Assembly: GCA_002633005.1 (NCBI GenBank)
Contig: NMRA01001117.1
Coordinates: 1-49,327 of the forward strand
Source: Phoronis australis
Lineage: Eukaryota > Animalia > Phoronida
Reading direction: 5' to 3'
Length of the DNA: 49,327 bases
Every line of letters begins with the position of its first letter. Within the stretch, counting starts at the first letter, position 1. The position numbers were made by a program, and so were the translations under genes. The notes below the pieces were generated by a model. That model did no database searches. It saw only the letters and a list, made by a program, of their open reading frames with translations, and had not been told where the DNA came from. Of this stretch, positions 34,981 to 46,855 are shown in pieces.

Positions 34981-37900
34981 GCATTATTTGAGAAAATCTG
35001 CAAACGATGGCAGAAGAATGTCAAAAATTTGACGTTTTGGCCCTATGATTTTATTCAGTACTCTAAATTTTTAAAGAAAAATGCATTTTTTATTTTCCCA
35101 AAAAATATTTTTGTAGTAATTTAGACACCGCCAATTTTTATGTGTATTTGAATGAGGGAAATGCTTAAACAGCGATTCAGTTCAAAGTTACTTTTCTAAC
35201 AAAAGAGGTTTACCAACAAACTGAATAGGTTTCAAAAGAAAAATTAAGTTAATCCAAAATGATCACGTCGTCAAAGCTAAGGAAATCTTCTGTTATTTTC
35301 CGTGAAATGCCCGCAGACATGTACTTCAAAGCAAGTTTCAGAGCAGCTCTTCTGCAATTGAGGTAAGTTTTTGCGGAAGTTAGAAGAGCTCATTAGTATT
35401 GGAGGTAGAATTTGAGAATTGCCAAGATTTGTGTAGGCGAAGTCACCCGGGAGATTTCAGAACTGCTTGAAGCGATTTAACTTCGTAGCCTTTATCTAAG
35501 TGTTCTATTTTACTGTATGTTACCAAGTGTGCACCAAAATTTCAGCTGTTTTGATTTGAAAAGTGGCATAGTAACATTTCAGCCTCGGGTCTACAACTTC
35601 TGTTCAGTTTTCACTTCACTATAGTGCCAGGCAAGTAAAGAATGTAAAACATTTCTTGTACCCTTAATAAAGTTCTGCAATTAAATAACCCTGTTCAGAA
35701 AGTAAAAACAGGTCATTTGTCCGTGTTGAAATACAATTAGCAATCCTTAATCAAGTATAACCTTACCTTGATTTACTGTGTTATTCGAGATCTGAATCAA
35801 GCACTGGCTTTCACTGTTATATTTTTCCAAGTCGGTGGATTATGTAGGTTTGATCTGGGTATACACACTGTTGCAGTGTCACACTATTCTCTTTGCACTA
35901 TGTTTCCTATGCGTCAATGTTACCCGGGCCCTATGTTCCCCTCTCCCGAGGTCCCCCACTCCTTAATTTCTATAAGGGTAATATGTTGGTACTTCCTACG
36001 TATGCTTTGCGAAATCGCAACAAAAAACCATTAACTTTCAGCTAAAAATGCATTATATCTGCCGCATGTTTGGGCTCGTGTATTACAAGTGGGTGCTTAA
36101 TCTCATAGTTCGTTGATGCTCATCGAAAATCAAATAAAGTGATTTATTAAAGACTGCAAATTCACTTTGTTCCAGGCCAAAAGACTAGAAAATGTTACTT
36201 TACAAATATAGACAAAAAGTATTCCGGAGTACAGGCCATGTCACAGTGAACCAACAGTTACTCAGTTATAGAAATCCAGGGCATACTAGGTGGTTTGGTT
36301 ATTGAAAATGTTGGTGAAACATCTTGTGAGGTTTGCTGCAGTGTGATTTGGCTATATTTTGAAGTACAGCAGTTTACAAAATCAGATGGACAACTTTAAA
36401 ATTCAACAAAGTTTCGACATGCAAACTGCGACTATCGGTTTCTTTTTGACAAGAATTCCTTTTGCGTGCAAATCCACCAGTCACGACAAAACCGCCACGG
36501 GTGTTGCTCCTTGCACTCTGTCGAAATCGTGGCTGCATACCATGCAAGTCTGCTGGGTGTCATAACATCCACGAAAAAATTCTGACCGCCAAATAACTCT
36601 GGCAAGTGGGCAAAGTTCTGTTAAAGTCTTTCCAGATTATTTTGAAAATTACTTATCCATGATAAAACAAGGCTCTCTTAAAAACAACAAAATTCCTTTT
36701 TTGTCGCTACTGAGTGTCCAGGCAATCCCCAGACATTGCAAAAACAAGCGGTTCATGCAAATCCATTAGTCTTTTGTAATACAGGCTATGTATACTTCAC
36801 ACATCTTGCAACTTCAGTATCCGCTTTTCTTTTGAAAAATTTGCAATCAAGTTGCTCTCAAATAACTTGCCCATAGATCATACAACTTATAAATCAAGCA
36901 GAAACTTACCTGAAAGGTTGCAACTTGCATAACTTAGCTAGTACAGTGTGACAGAATATATACTTTTTACTTTTACATTACACCTAACATGCCGCATAAT
37001 TATACGTGCCCTACAAGAGGCTTCGTTTCAAATGTTGTAGCGTGAAAGTCAGTCAGTTGTAATAAAACAGGATGGGAGGCTTAGCAAATCTTTTCGCGAA
37101 AGATTGTAAAGACCCATGCTATTCCATCAGATTCCTGTAACGTATGATGAGATGTATATGAGCTTGCAACTGAACTAAAACATTACAAAAGCAACGCGGA
37201 GCGTTGAGATGCTCCCACGAATGCACCACAAACCATGAGCTTCTAGAGTTGTTAATTTGTATAATGAAAATGACCACTAGGGGGCGCAAAATGTCCAATC
37301 CATCCGAAAATGCAACATGCCATGTTTTCTTTAACAGAAAGCTATTTACCCGATTTCATAAAAATCTTACGAGGAATTTCAGAGAAACAAAGGAAAACAG
37401 AAAACTGAAATTGACACGAGGAGGCACAGCATCTGCCTGACGTTGTGTATTGTTAGCTTCACATCAATACACTTACTAAGTTTAATAAAGATCTTGCAGT
37501 TGGTTTAGGAGATACACAATGGGTGCAAAACAAAACTACCACAAGGAGGCGCCACAGTATCCAAAATCGCCATCACACATACTTGTCAATTTTGAAAATC
37601 ACCCCTTGACTGGTTTGGTTGATAGAGGTGGACGCCAACAAAAAGACTCACAATACTGTCTGTAAAAATGGCCATTAGGTAACGCAAAGAGGATAGCAAT
37701 ATCTCACTAATAGATGCCCAACTACAGCACACATCACGAATTTTTGGCCGCCCGGTCGGAAATTGGCACCCTTCAGCCGACCCTTCAGCCGACCGGCCAT
37801 CAGCCGACCAGCTGGTCGGCTGCTATTTTTAGGCTAGAGTAGCAGTTGCGTAATAGGTTGTCAGGCTGATACTACTTTGCGTGTCGATGCATATTCGTCT

Positions 37901-38445
37901 TAGCACAGGGTCAAATAAATTAACCTAGTTTTACTGTCTCGGTTACATGAGTTCACGTCGGTTGTGTAATACCACTAATTCGAAGGTTGAAGGCAAGCGG
38001 TATTAGTAAACATTGGATTATGGACAATGCAACAAGTTTTGGATGAAAAACGTGAAAGTTTTCTTTACATTTGATCTTTNATTATGGACAATGCAACAAG
38101 TTTTGGATGAAAAACGTGAAAGTTTTCTTTACATTTGATCTTTAATTTGACTCGTGGCGTTAACAAGATGTATTAGATTGGTTGCTTCCCGGTCAATACA
38201 ACGCTGTAGTCATTTTGTAAACGCAGCTATTTTAGCAGTCTTCGCCCGCAGTTGACTTCAAGTTGTTTGTGTAACGCCAAACTGCATCTTTTTGCGTTTT
38301 TTTAAGTTAGTCACCGGTCTCCTGTCACGCGCCCCTGATGATGGATTAGTGAGTGAGTTCTTACACCGCGAAAAGCTGTCACTCCAGGGATTTTATTTTC
38401 ATAGTATTGACCCTTGCAGTACAGACGCGAAATTCACGGTCCAGT

Positions 38446-38728
38446 ATGGCTCTAACTTCGAAATCATATTATGGTTACGATTTCCACGAACTAAGACGGT
38501 GACATTACCACTGTTGAGGCTACAGCAAAGTAGCCTTGCGCATTCCGTTTTCAGTGTATCGGTGACGTTAAAATCTGGGCTATGGACTTCGATGGCTCTA
38601 ACTTCGAAATCATGTTATGGTTACGATTTCCACGAACTAAGACGGTGACATCACCACTTTTGAGGCTACAGCAAAGTAGCCTTGCGCATTCCGTTTTCAG
38701 TGTATCGGTGACGTTAAAATCTGGGCTA
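38446..38728. repeat. Direct duplication, 137 bp x2 (period 146)
   Basis: 38446-38582 and 38592-38728 are nearly identical. Confidence 0.95.
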
Positions 38729-39541
38729 GCAGTTACAGTTGTACATGTATACACGTAGTCCGGCCCCTATCAGTTGGTCGTTCACGTTGTTCCAAAAATA
38801 AATATTTTCTGTCAACAACATATTGACAAATTATGCAAAATAAAACAATTGTGAACGGCAAGATGTGAATACGTGGTGAAGAGGTATTTGTCTCTAAGCG
38901 GCATGTGCGTGAAACTTTGGTAAAGCGATTGCGATAGCAAAAAATGATAGAAAATACACAAAGGTGCACTTTTGAGAAGCAAAGCGTCTGGTGATCTTGA
39001 TAGCGTACATGTATGATCTGGCCACCTCAGGTAGTAAGTGACGCTGAATGAGAAGTGGTAACTACATGTTTGGCGCGAAAATAAAAAAATCATGCTTGTA
39101 TTGCCAGCCACCCCCCTCCCCGAATTTTGCACATTCTAATGAGTCACCACTCGAGATTTGGTTCCGTTTCAGTCCTAAAATCGCATAATAATTCTGTGCT
39201 CAGCTGTAAGAAAAAATACAATTTTTTGAAACGGTGCTCAGTCTTAATAAAGTTTCCAGCATGAGAGCGCCTTGATCAAATGCCAAGCACACGCAGAGTT
39301 GTAAGAGGCAGAGACGTTGGCGTTTCCGTATGTCCACAAAAGTGCTTTGAGCAGTGTGTACAAATTTGTTCATTTCGCTTTTCTGCACTGACGACTATGA
39401 TCAACACGGTGTTTTAACTACACTTTTGAGTGCATTTTCAAAAATAAATGTTTGGTTGGTGAATTCAGCGAGTCGGTGCCCACGGGCAGGAAAACGTGTC
39501 TGCGTAAATAAAGAGTTGCGTTTTCAAAACATTCACTGGAG

Positions 39542-39712
39542 CATGAGCTCAAGGACTACCTGAGACAGAAAATAAAACCGATTACCAAACAGAAACTTGT
39601 CCAATGAATATATAGCTCTTGGAAAACTGTTACCCCGAAGAAATGTGCAAAATACGAACGTCGTTTACGAAAGATTGTACCCCAGAAGTGATTCGTTGCA
39701 GTGGAGCCGCAC
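39542..39712 (+). pseudogene. C-terminal remnant of an IS630-Tc1-mariner (DDE_3-type) transposase
   Basis: Translates HELKDYLRQKIKPITKQKLVQ*IYSSWKTVTPKKCAKYERRLRKIV, then after a frameshift PEVIRCSGAA. This resembles the Tc1-like tail W.ELK..L....P.TK.EL...I..FW......C.KYI..L...I..VI...G. Confidence 0.65.
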
Positions 39713-39764
39713 GGGATAGTAAAAACACTGTGCTGTGCACTAGTTACCTGAATGGACGGAAAGC

Positions 39765-39945
39765 TGAAGAGGAAAACTCCAGAACACACATTTTCTATTC
39801 AGGAATTGAAATCTCTGTAGAATCAAAAACAATTGGCAACCAGGATTTATTGCGTGAAGCGGAAAAATCCAGAACACAAATTTTCTATTCAGGAATTGAA
39901 ATCTCTGTAGAATCAAAAACAATTGGCAACCGGGATTTATTGCGT
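39765..39945. repeat. Tandem duplication, 90 bp x2
   Basis: TGAAG.GGAAAA.TCCAGAACACA.ATTTTCTATTCAGG...GGATTTATTGCG repeats with period 90. Confidence 0.95.
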
Positions 39946-40515
39946 TAGAAAACTTATCACGCCTGGAGAGAATTGTTTTCATGCCCGGAGACTACGTGAT
40001 CACCCATTATGCAATGATGACAATCCATTGTATACCTATACATTGGCATCTATTGTAAAACGTGGATTAGACGAAAGAAATTCAACCCCATTTCGAAGAT
40101 AATATGTCTGTTGTCGGCGAGAGGTTGAACATATAGCCCTTGTTTAGTATAGTACGGACAGTGTCACTTTGAAAGATCAATGCTTGGGGATGGTGACGTG
40201 GTGTTTTGGCGTGAAAGTTACTGACATGGTAAGTTTTTGAACCTGACTTATTAAATTTTCAGTTCGGTCGTATTTTATTTTGATCCTGAAGTGAAGAATT
40301 TTTGGTCCTCACTTGATAAGTTATAGGTGCTGATGTGATAAATTTTCAGTCTCGACGTGGTGAATTTGGTCTTTATTTGCTCTTTGGTCTTCTGTGTGAA
40401 AACAATCTCAATGTATTGGATTGTTTTAATTCCTGCTTAAGTAAAATGTCTGGTTTTGAGATATTTATTTTTTGGTCCTGGAGAGATTGCATGTTTTGCT
40501 TGGTTTTAATCATGC

Positions 40516-40903
40516 ATAGAAAAGATATGTCCTTAAATGTTTAAAATTAGGCCTCCCATAAATGGGGAGAGAGCAGGTTGTGTAGCATCGTACTATGTAA
40601 CTTCTAATATAAATCTAGGTGTTCGTGATTAAGTAATACTATGAAAAATGAGTAGTTATGACTATGAAAAATGAGTAGTTGAGGCTTCTTTTGAAATACT
40701 GTATCCTTTATAGAAAAGATATGTCCTTAAATGTTTAAAATTAGGCCTCCCATAAATGGGGAGAGAGCAGGTTGTGTAGCATCGTTCTATGTAACTTCTA
40801 ATATAAATCTAGGTGTTCGTGATTTAGTAATACTATGAAAAATGAGTAGTTATGACTATGAAAAATGAGTAGTTGAGGCTTCTTTTGAAATACTGTATCC
40901 TTT
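40516..40903. repeat. Tandem duplication, 194 bp x2, each copy holding an inner 20-bp duplication
   Basis: 40516-40709 vs 40710-40903 differ at about 2 positions. The inner ACTATGAAAAATGAGTAGTT occurs twice per copy. Confidence 0.95.
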
Positions 40904-43419
40904 GTATATGCCTGGTGTACATGGATCAGTGTGATATTAGCTAAGCTTTATTGTCCTCTATGGCTTAACAACTATATATCTTCATTCATGCCTGTAAAAG
41001 AGGTACTCCCAGGATGTGTAATGTTTTTATTCTAATGAGGCGTGCTTCGAATGTACAATTAGTAATTATACTTTTGCAGTGGTTCATAACAAACGGATTC
41101 ATTAAACTCAGTAAATATTTTTGCAACTGCTGACTCTGCATATCAGACGTGCATATTGCATCATACCTCATCAGAGTAAAACTTGTTATCAATCATAGTA
41201 GCAAAAATTATTTTTATCATTGCCACAAGACGTTAACAAACGCAGTGAGTGTCTGTAACTGTTGTGTCTAGATTGCTGATGAACTAAAGTCGGTCTACAT
41301 GTATTTCCATTTTTATATCACTGATTCATGCCAAAGGTTTGAAATTGCGCCCCTTTAAGAGATTTGACTTGCCCTGTGATCACTAGAATCCGATGCAATA
41401 AACTTATAGAAGTTGTTTTTTAACCAGTGTAATATAGCTGAAAATTGTGTGCGTTTTCGTCTGCGAGAGTGTTCTTTTTGAATCAATGGGTTAATCATTT
41501 TACGCTCTACATGAAAACACAGACTACTTTTTTAGGATTACATGTACCAGGTTACCCCGAAAATATTATTTTCAAAGTTTTACCCCTTGGAGTATACGCG
41601 AAACGCCAAGTATTGTGTTCTTACGCGAAAGGGCTCGGAAGGCTGTAGCCTTGGTGCGAAGCTGTTTACTAAATTAAATATACAAATTTGCGCAATAGTG
41701 GGTAAAAACTGACCGAATAAAATCTTCCTAGAGTAAACTAAATTATTTACCAGCGTTGCAAAAAATGGTTTTCTACAATTATTCTGCTGCTAAAGTTATG
41801 TTGTGATCTTATGCGTCGACTTTCGCCCCAATGAAATATTGCGTCACCTTTTAGCCAGTTTCTTTTTCCCAGATTCTTCAATCAAACGTTCTCCCTCGAG
41901 GTTACGTAAACGTCACAACAAATGATCAGAATTGGTTTCACTTCATTATATGTTTTTGGAATTTTGATATCAGTGAACCGAATTTTAGAACAAATTTTGC
42001 TGAGATGTGTTCATCATCTAATGGGAGATGTTGAAAACATTTTGGAAGTGGCGCGTGTCACAATGAACTTTTTTCAAAACGACGATATACGTTTTTTCGT
42101 TAAAAAGGCAGAGAATTACGCAAGAAGATGACGTCGGATGTTTCTCACTTAAACGGCCGTAACGGGCAACTTGAATGCCAATTGACTTCCAGATTTTGCA
42201 TGCACACCCGCCAGTCTTGAGCTCATGTTGATACAAGCTTTTCGACGAGGTGACAAACGTAACTATCCGGGCTGTGTGAAGTATCGAGGTCTGTTTGGTC
42301 TCAATAAGCAGTGGCACCTTGCTGTATTTTGAAAATAGTCTTCATGCAACTAGCTGGCTACATAGGAAGGCTCTAGTTTCGAAAAGATGTTTTACTGCGA
42401 AAGTGACAACAATTTCTGAATGATGATGGATGATGGATGACACTATAAACCGATCAGTCTTCCGTTTTCATGCGCCCATGATTTAATATCGGCGCTATGT
42501 TCAAACCATTGTTTATGTTGTTTCTAAAATAAAATTAGGTTCTATTGCTGTACCAAAATACTAAGAAATTATACTGAAATAAGCAATAATTATCTGTGGT
42601 AAATCGCAATATACAGCGTGATGAAGTGATCATCAAGAACAATAACGGATGAGCGCAAATGCGTGATGCTTGTTGAGCATTCCTCTGCATGAAAACACTT
42701 GAGGTAGTAAAATATCCAGTGTTGTATTCTGATTTTTATGCAATTTTACTGTAAATTTCAAATTTTGTGCTTGTTTTTCTGCAAAATGTACTGTATAAAA
42801 AGTCTCATATCTAAATTTAGAAATTATACTTCCGCGATATCACTTAACGTTTGATTTTACCACGCCGTCATTAATTCAACATAAAGTTTTTGGCTGGTGT
42901 AATAACACGCACTTCGTATTTGTAGGTTGATTCGATTTTATTTCCTTTCAATAGTTGAACAAAAGTTTATAAACCGATGTCAAGACCTGAGTTGCCAGTG
43001 GTGAACGAACTGCGAACAGTAAAATGTTTGTTAGGCCAAAGTTCACTCGTTAAGTCATAAAATGGTAATTGCCGACCAAGGACACGCTTAATCCGAATTG
43101 GTCGTCTACGCTAGGAGACCACTTAGCCGCCCCAAGTGCCGACCACAGAGGCGACTCAGTAGACGGCTCCTAGCCGACCGTTGTTGGTCGGCTGCTGGTC
43201 GGCTAGACGACCGGTCGACGGCCGGTCGTCGACCAATTTCCGACCGGTCGGCCAAAAATTCGTGATGTGTGCTGTAAATGCAAAATTCAATAACTTGTGC
43301 AACCGAATATTAACCACCTATAACTTTTTTCAATCGAAAGCTTAAACATTACAGCGTCGTGGGCCAGATCATGTACAATCCCCCAAATACATGATGACAA
43401 TTATAGTTATAATACTCAC

Positions 43420-43513
43420 GTGTTCAGAGTCGTAGTCAGCAGTTTCGTCATCATTCACTGCTTCTTGGAACTTACGAGGATTGTCAAGAGATAAAAACTC
43501 CCGGACTTCTTTA
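43420..43513 (-). CDS. SGK3: SGK3/CISK-like exon: end of PX domain + acidic linker
   Basis: Acceptor TTGTTCCAG, phase 2 matching the previous exon. Reads (I)KEVREFLSLDNPRKFQEAVNDDETADYDSEH, then donor GTGAGT. Compare SGK3 PDVRAFLQMDSP. Confidence 0.75.
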
Positions 43514-44375
43514 CTGGAACAAACACATAACAAGGTAAATCAAGAATTACCTCTGTCACAACAGGAATGTGATCAGTTGACCATGTGGCCATCACTATTA
43601 AATGACCCAGATCTATCTTGCAAATTTCTGTCCACAACATTTTCGATCAAAACATCTGACATCGTGAAAATATTAGAGATCCCTGCATGGCTGCTAGGGT
43701 ATCAAAAAAGTGATATTCTCTTGACCACAGAGTGATTTAGAAAACTTTTTCATTGATAACCTATGACTTAAGTGAGTCCCAAAACACCATATTTCTATTG
43801 TGTAAATGTTACTAGTACATAAAAGACATTACATAAGAGAATTGATTAAGGTCCAAGTTTGACAAACATGACAGGCAACTGGCAAAGTCAAATTTGAAGC
43901 CACTGTATTGGAGTCATCTGTGCGGTCACGTAATCTATGGCTACATTTTCAGTAGAACTCGGAGGAATTTTTTTGAGAAATTCTTTAAGTTTGTACACCG
44001 AATAAGGATACTCTACACTGAAGTAATTGTGATTTCATTAGCAACCAAAAAACCAGGTGAAGCGCACAGAACCACACCGCAAGGGTAGGGTACTTAAAAG
44101 ACTAAGTGTAGTCACCAATTGAATTTCATTTATTTCAACAACTCTGAATACTTTAGCCGTATTTTGGCAATTAGGACAAAAACTATATTGAAGTCAATCT
44201 AGTGACTGGGGTAACACCTCAGAATCTGTGCAATCACTAAGCCTTTATCACAATTGTCCCAGCTAGCGTTCTTGTGAGGAGTACAATTTGTATTCGAACC
44301 AGCATGAACCCTTCAGCAAGTCCATGAGAAATGGCTTGCAGAGTAATATACTTGAGCTGCATATCAAGTAATTCT

Positions 44376-44523
44376 TAAACCCACGCGTTAATCGCAAACA
44401 TTTTCAAGTCTGGTCAGTAGGCCACCTGTTGGCCGCATTATATTCATCAGGTCACGTGACGTGGCCACAGCTGGCATGGTGACCAGACTTTAAAACGTTT
44501 GCGGTATAACTTGTGATGGTTTA
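44376..44523. mobile_element. Small MITE-like foldback (~150 bp) in an intron
   Basis: Left arm TAAACCCACGCGTTAATCGCAAACATTTTCAAGTCTGGTCA. Reverse complement of the right arm: TAAACCATCACAAGTTATACCGCAAACGTTTTAAAGTCTGGTCA. Confidence 0.7.
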
Positions 44524-44554
44524 TCAGGCAGTTTGGATGAGGAAGAGCACTTAC

Positions 44555-44697
44555 ATTTGACAAATTTTGTCATCGTTTACAATTTTCTGTATGAACTCGT
44601 GCAGCCCCTCTCGACGCTGTCGGATGAAGTCGGGATCAAAGTTACCAAATAATTTCTTCCCTGGTAGTTTGAGTGGAAGGTCTGTCTGTTTCTTGAT
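44555..44697 (-). CDS. SGK3: SGK3/CISK-like exon: PX domain core
   Basis: Acceptor TTTCAG, then [47 protein letters not shown], then donor GTAAGT (phase 2). Compare SGK3 [39 protein letters not shown]. Absent from the ORF track. Confidence 0.88.
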
Positions 44698-45181
44698 CTG
44701 AAATAATTATCGTTTCACACAATGTGCTGGCATTAACTAAACCATTCATGCTCAATGCATGAAACACTGACAATGCACGAATGATATCCTAGCCTTCAGT
44801 CCCTTACTTGGGATATAGTTAACAACCAGCAACCAAAGAAAAACGATTTGTCAACGCAATTGAAGAGATTAAGGTGATAGTTTAAACAACAGACTCATCT
44901 TAAAAATCATGAGTATGTTTCTCGAAGAACGTATTACCAAAAGTTGATATTTTGTCTCTTGGCTTTTAGTCTGTTCCCAAGCAGGATATTTGTCTTTTGG
45001 CCTGGAGTTATAAACAAATTTTCTGTTTTTTGCCTTAGCCTGGTTTTGTGAAACAAGCTAATCCATTCAAAGAATGATTTTTAGTCAAAAGCCAAAAGAG
45101 AATAGTCCTAAACACTGTGAGGAACAGACCCCTGATCTCATTTTGAAATTCTTTGTTTCACATTTTTATGTACAATATTAA

Positions 45182-46311
45182 CCCTTATCTTGCGAAGCCT
45201 CTATTCAGACAACTTTCCCTGTGTGCTGAGCACTGGGCTGTTACGAAGGTCACTCAGATTAATGACCTAACATTTTTAAATTGTAAATTTGAAAGGGTAA
45301 TGTCAACTTCACATAAAAGTAGTCTGCACAAAAGTTGTTCAGAATTTAATGGAGATTTTCACCATATACATATCTTTACCATAGCCTTGGTGTAAATAGT
45401 TCTATAAACTTTCAAACTGGACACCCTTTGTTTTTATCTGTTTTCACACATGAGAACATTATAGCTGACACTCAAAAACCATATTAAGTATTTTTAAAAG
45501 GGAATTCATGGGACTTGCATGTTTAATAAAGCAGATTTATTGTCTAGAACATCACATCTACAAACAAGAATGTACAGTATATAACATACCTCAACTTTGC
45601 ACGATAACAAAATTATTACTGGTGCAGTTGCTTGCTAAAGTCTAAGTTCACCTTGGTGTACAAAAACTTGAAACACGGGTGGGGACACAAAGCTATTCTG
45701 TGAAAAAGTCACAAAAATATCTAATTCTGAATGAGTTCCATCATGTTTTAGAGGCTCTGTATTATGCGCGAAGGGCGTGAGACAAGCATCATCGTAGGTC
45801 CGTCCAAGTTCAACTTCAGGGACCGGTAACTCCTCCAAAATTGCATTGAGATCCGAATCGATAGAATCTGCATTACTTGTGACTGTTGTATTAGTTTCCC
45901 AGTCACTGTCACCATCACTTTCGAAAGCCAATTCCAGTTCGTTTTCCCTATCTGAGTCTATGAACATTTCCTCAAGAAACTGGTCAACAGTCATCTTACC
46001 ACGTTTGGCACCAGCCAAGATAGAACTTGCCTAAACTTTCAAATATCTCGGCAACAACTCACCACAGCCATATGTTGTAAATCAGAAAAATGTACAGGAA
46101 ACTATGAACTGTGGAATGCACATGCTCACATATATAAACAGCATACAGGGCTTTCACAATTTCTGAATGAAAAACACCAGTGTCCTGGGGTGAGTACACC
46201 CTCCTTGCGAAGTCTAGCGGTAGCTTATTATAGGCGACTGAGTACACCCCACGCATTTTAATAGGATAATTGGCTTGTCAGCTGAACTTGCCTAGTAGCG
46301 CAGGATAAGGG
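45182..46311 (-). mobile_element. Internally deleted piggyBac transposon (1.13 kb)
   Basis: TTAA|CCCTTATCTTGCG ... CGCAGGATAAGGG|CTAA (12/13 TIR match, one TTAA mutated). ORF 45635-46018 has the acidic piggyBac N-terminus (DSDRENELE...ESDGDSDWE) and SELDIFVTF. It is then joined out of frame to IALCPHPCFKFLYT, the Cys-rich C-terminal motif. Confidence 0.85.
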
Positions 46312-46771
46312 CTAAATGTAGATGAATGAACTGTAAATCTCCACTTATTTTGCACAAAAATATTTGCCAAAACTGTTATTTTTCATGGTTCCAATTTCAC
46401 CTTTCGGCCATATAGTGTGCATGACATCAAAGCTACTGCCTCAATGATGATGCCAATAATAAACGACACCAAACATTATATGAATTGTCCTAAGTTTAGT
46501 CATCAGAATTAAATTACAATTTTGAATAGGCTTTCATCTGGTGAATAAATTATAACGGCTCTCGAACTCAAAATCAGAGACACCTACAGTTGACACCAAA
46601 ACTAAATCAAACTCCTTTTTCCCCATTATGATGTCCGAGTGCAAGCAGAATTCCATTCACTTGCTTGTAATGAGTGAGGCACTGCATCAGAAAAAATAAC
46701 AGATCCGTTAACAGGAAATTCATCACAGTGACCGCCATTGGGTAGTTACAATCTAAAGAAAAATTTCTCAC

Positions 46772-46855
46772 CTTTTCATACAGTGTGTGGAACTCATTGT
46801 ATCGTCTAAAGATAAACCAAGATTTACCACCGATGCCCACTAGTACTTTATAGAC
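46772..46855 (-). CDS. SGK3: SGK3/CISK-like exon: N-terminal part of PX domain (84 nt)
   Basis: Acceptor TTTTCTTTTCAG, then VYKVLVGIGGKSWFIFRRYNEFHTLYEK, then donor GTGAGA. Contains the PX RRY motif. Compare SGK3 [28 protein letters not shown]. Confidence 0.9.

Larger units (their letters stand above)
37725..43274. mobile_element. 5.55-kb non-autonomous DNA transposon with 42-bp TIRs, TA flanks and subterminal AGCCGACC repeats
   Basis: The left TIR CAGCACACATCACGAATTTTTGGCCGCCCGGTCGGAAATTGG (37725-37766) matches the reverse complement of 43233-43274 at 41/42 positions. TA flanks both sides (37723-24, 43275-76). Confidence 0.88.

Noticed and set aside
36433-36615. Open ~60-codon frame after an AG on the - strand, a candidate terminal exon for the PX gene
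   Set aside because: No recognisable homology and a weak pyrimidine tract; cannot be supported without transcripts.
38017-38143. Exact 63-bp direct repeat separated by a single N
   Set aside because: Typical unmerged contig overlap at a scaffold junction, so an assembly artefact.
41900-42320. Short ORFs inside the TIR element as possible cargo genes
   Set aside because: No recognisable motifs, and the other frames have multiple stops.
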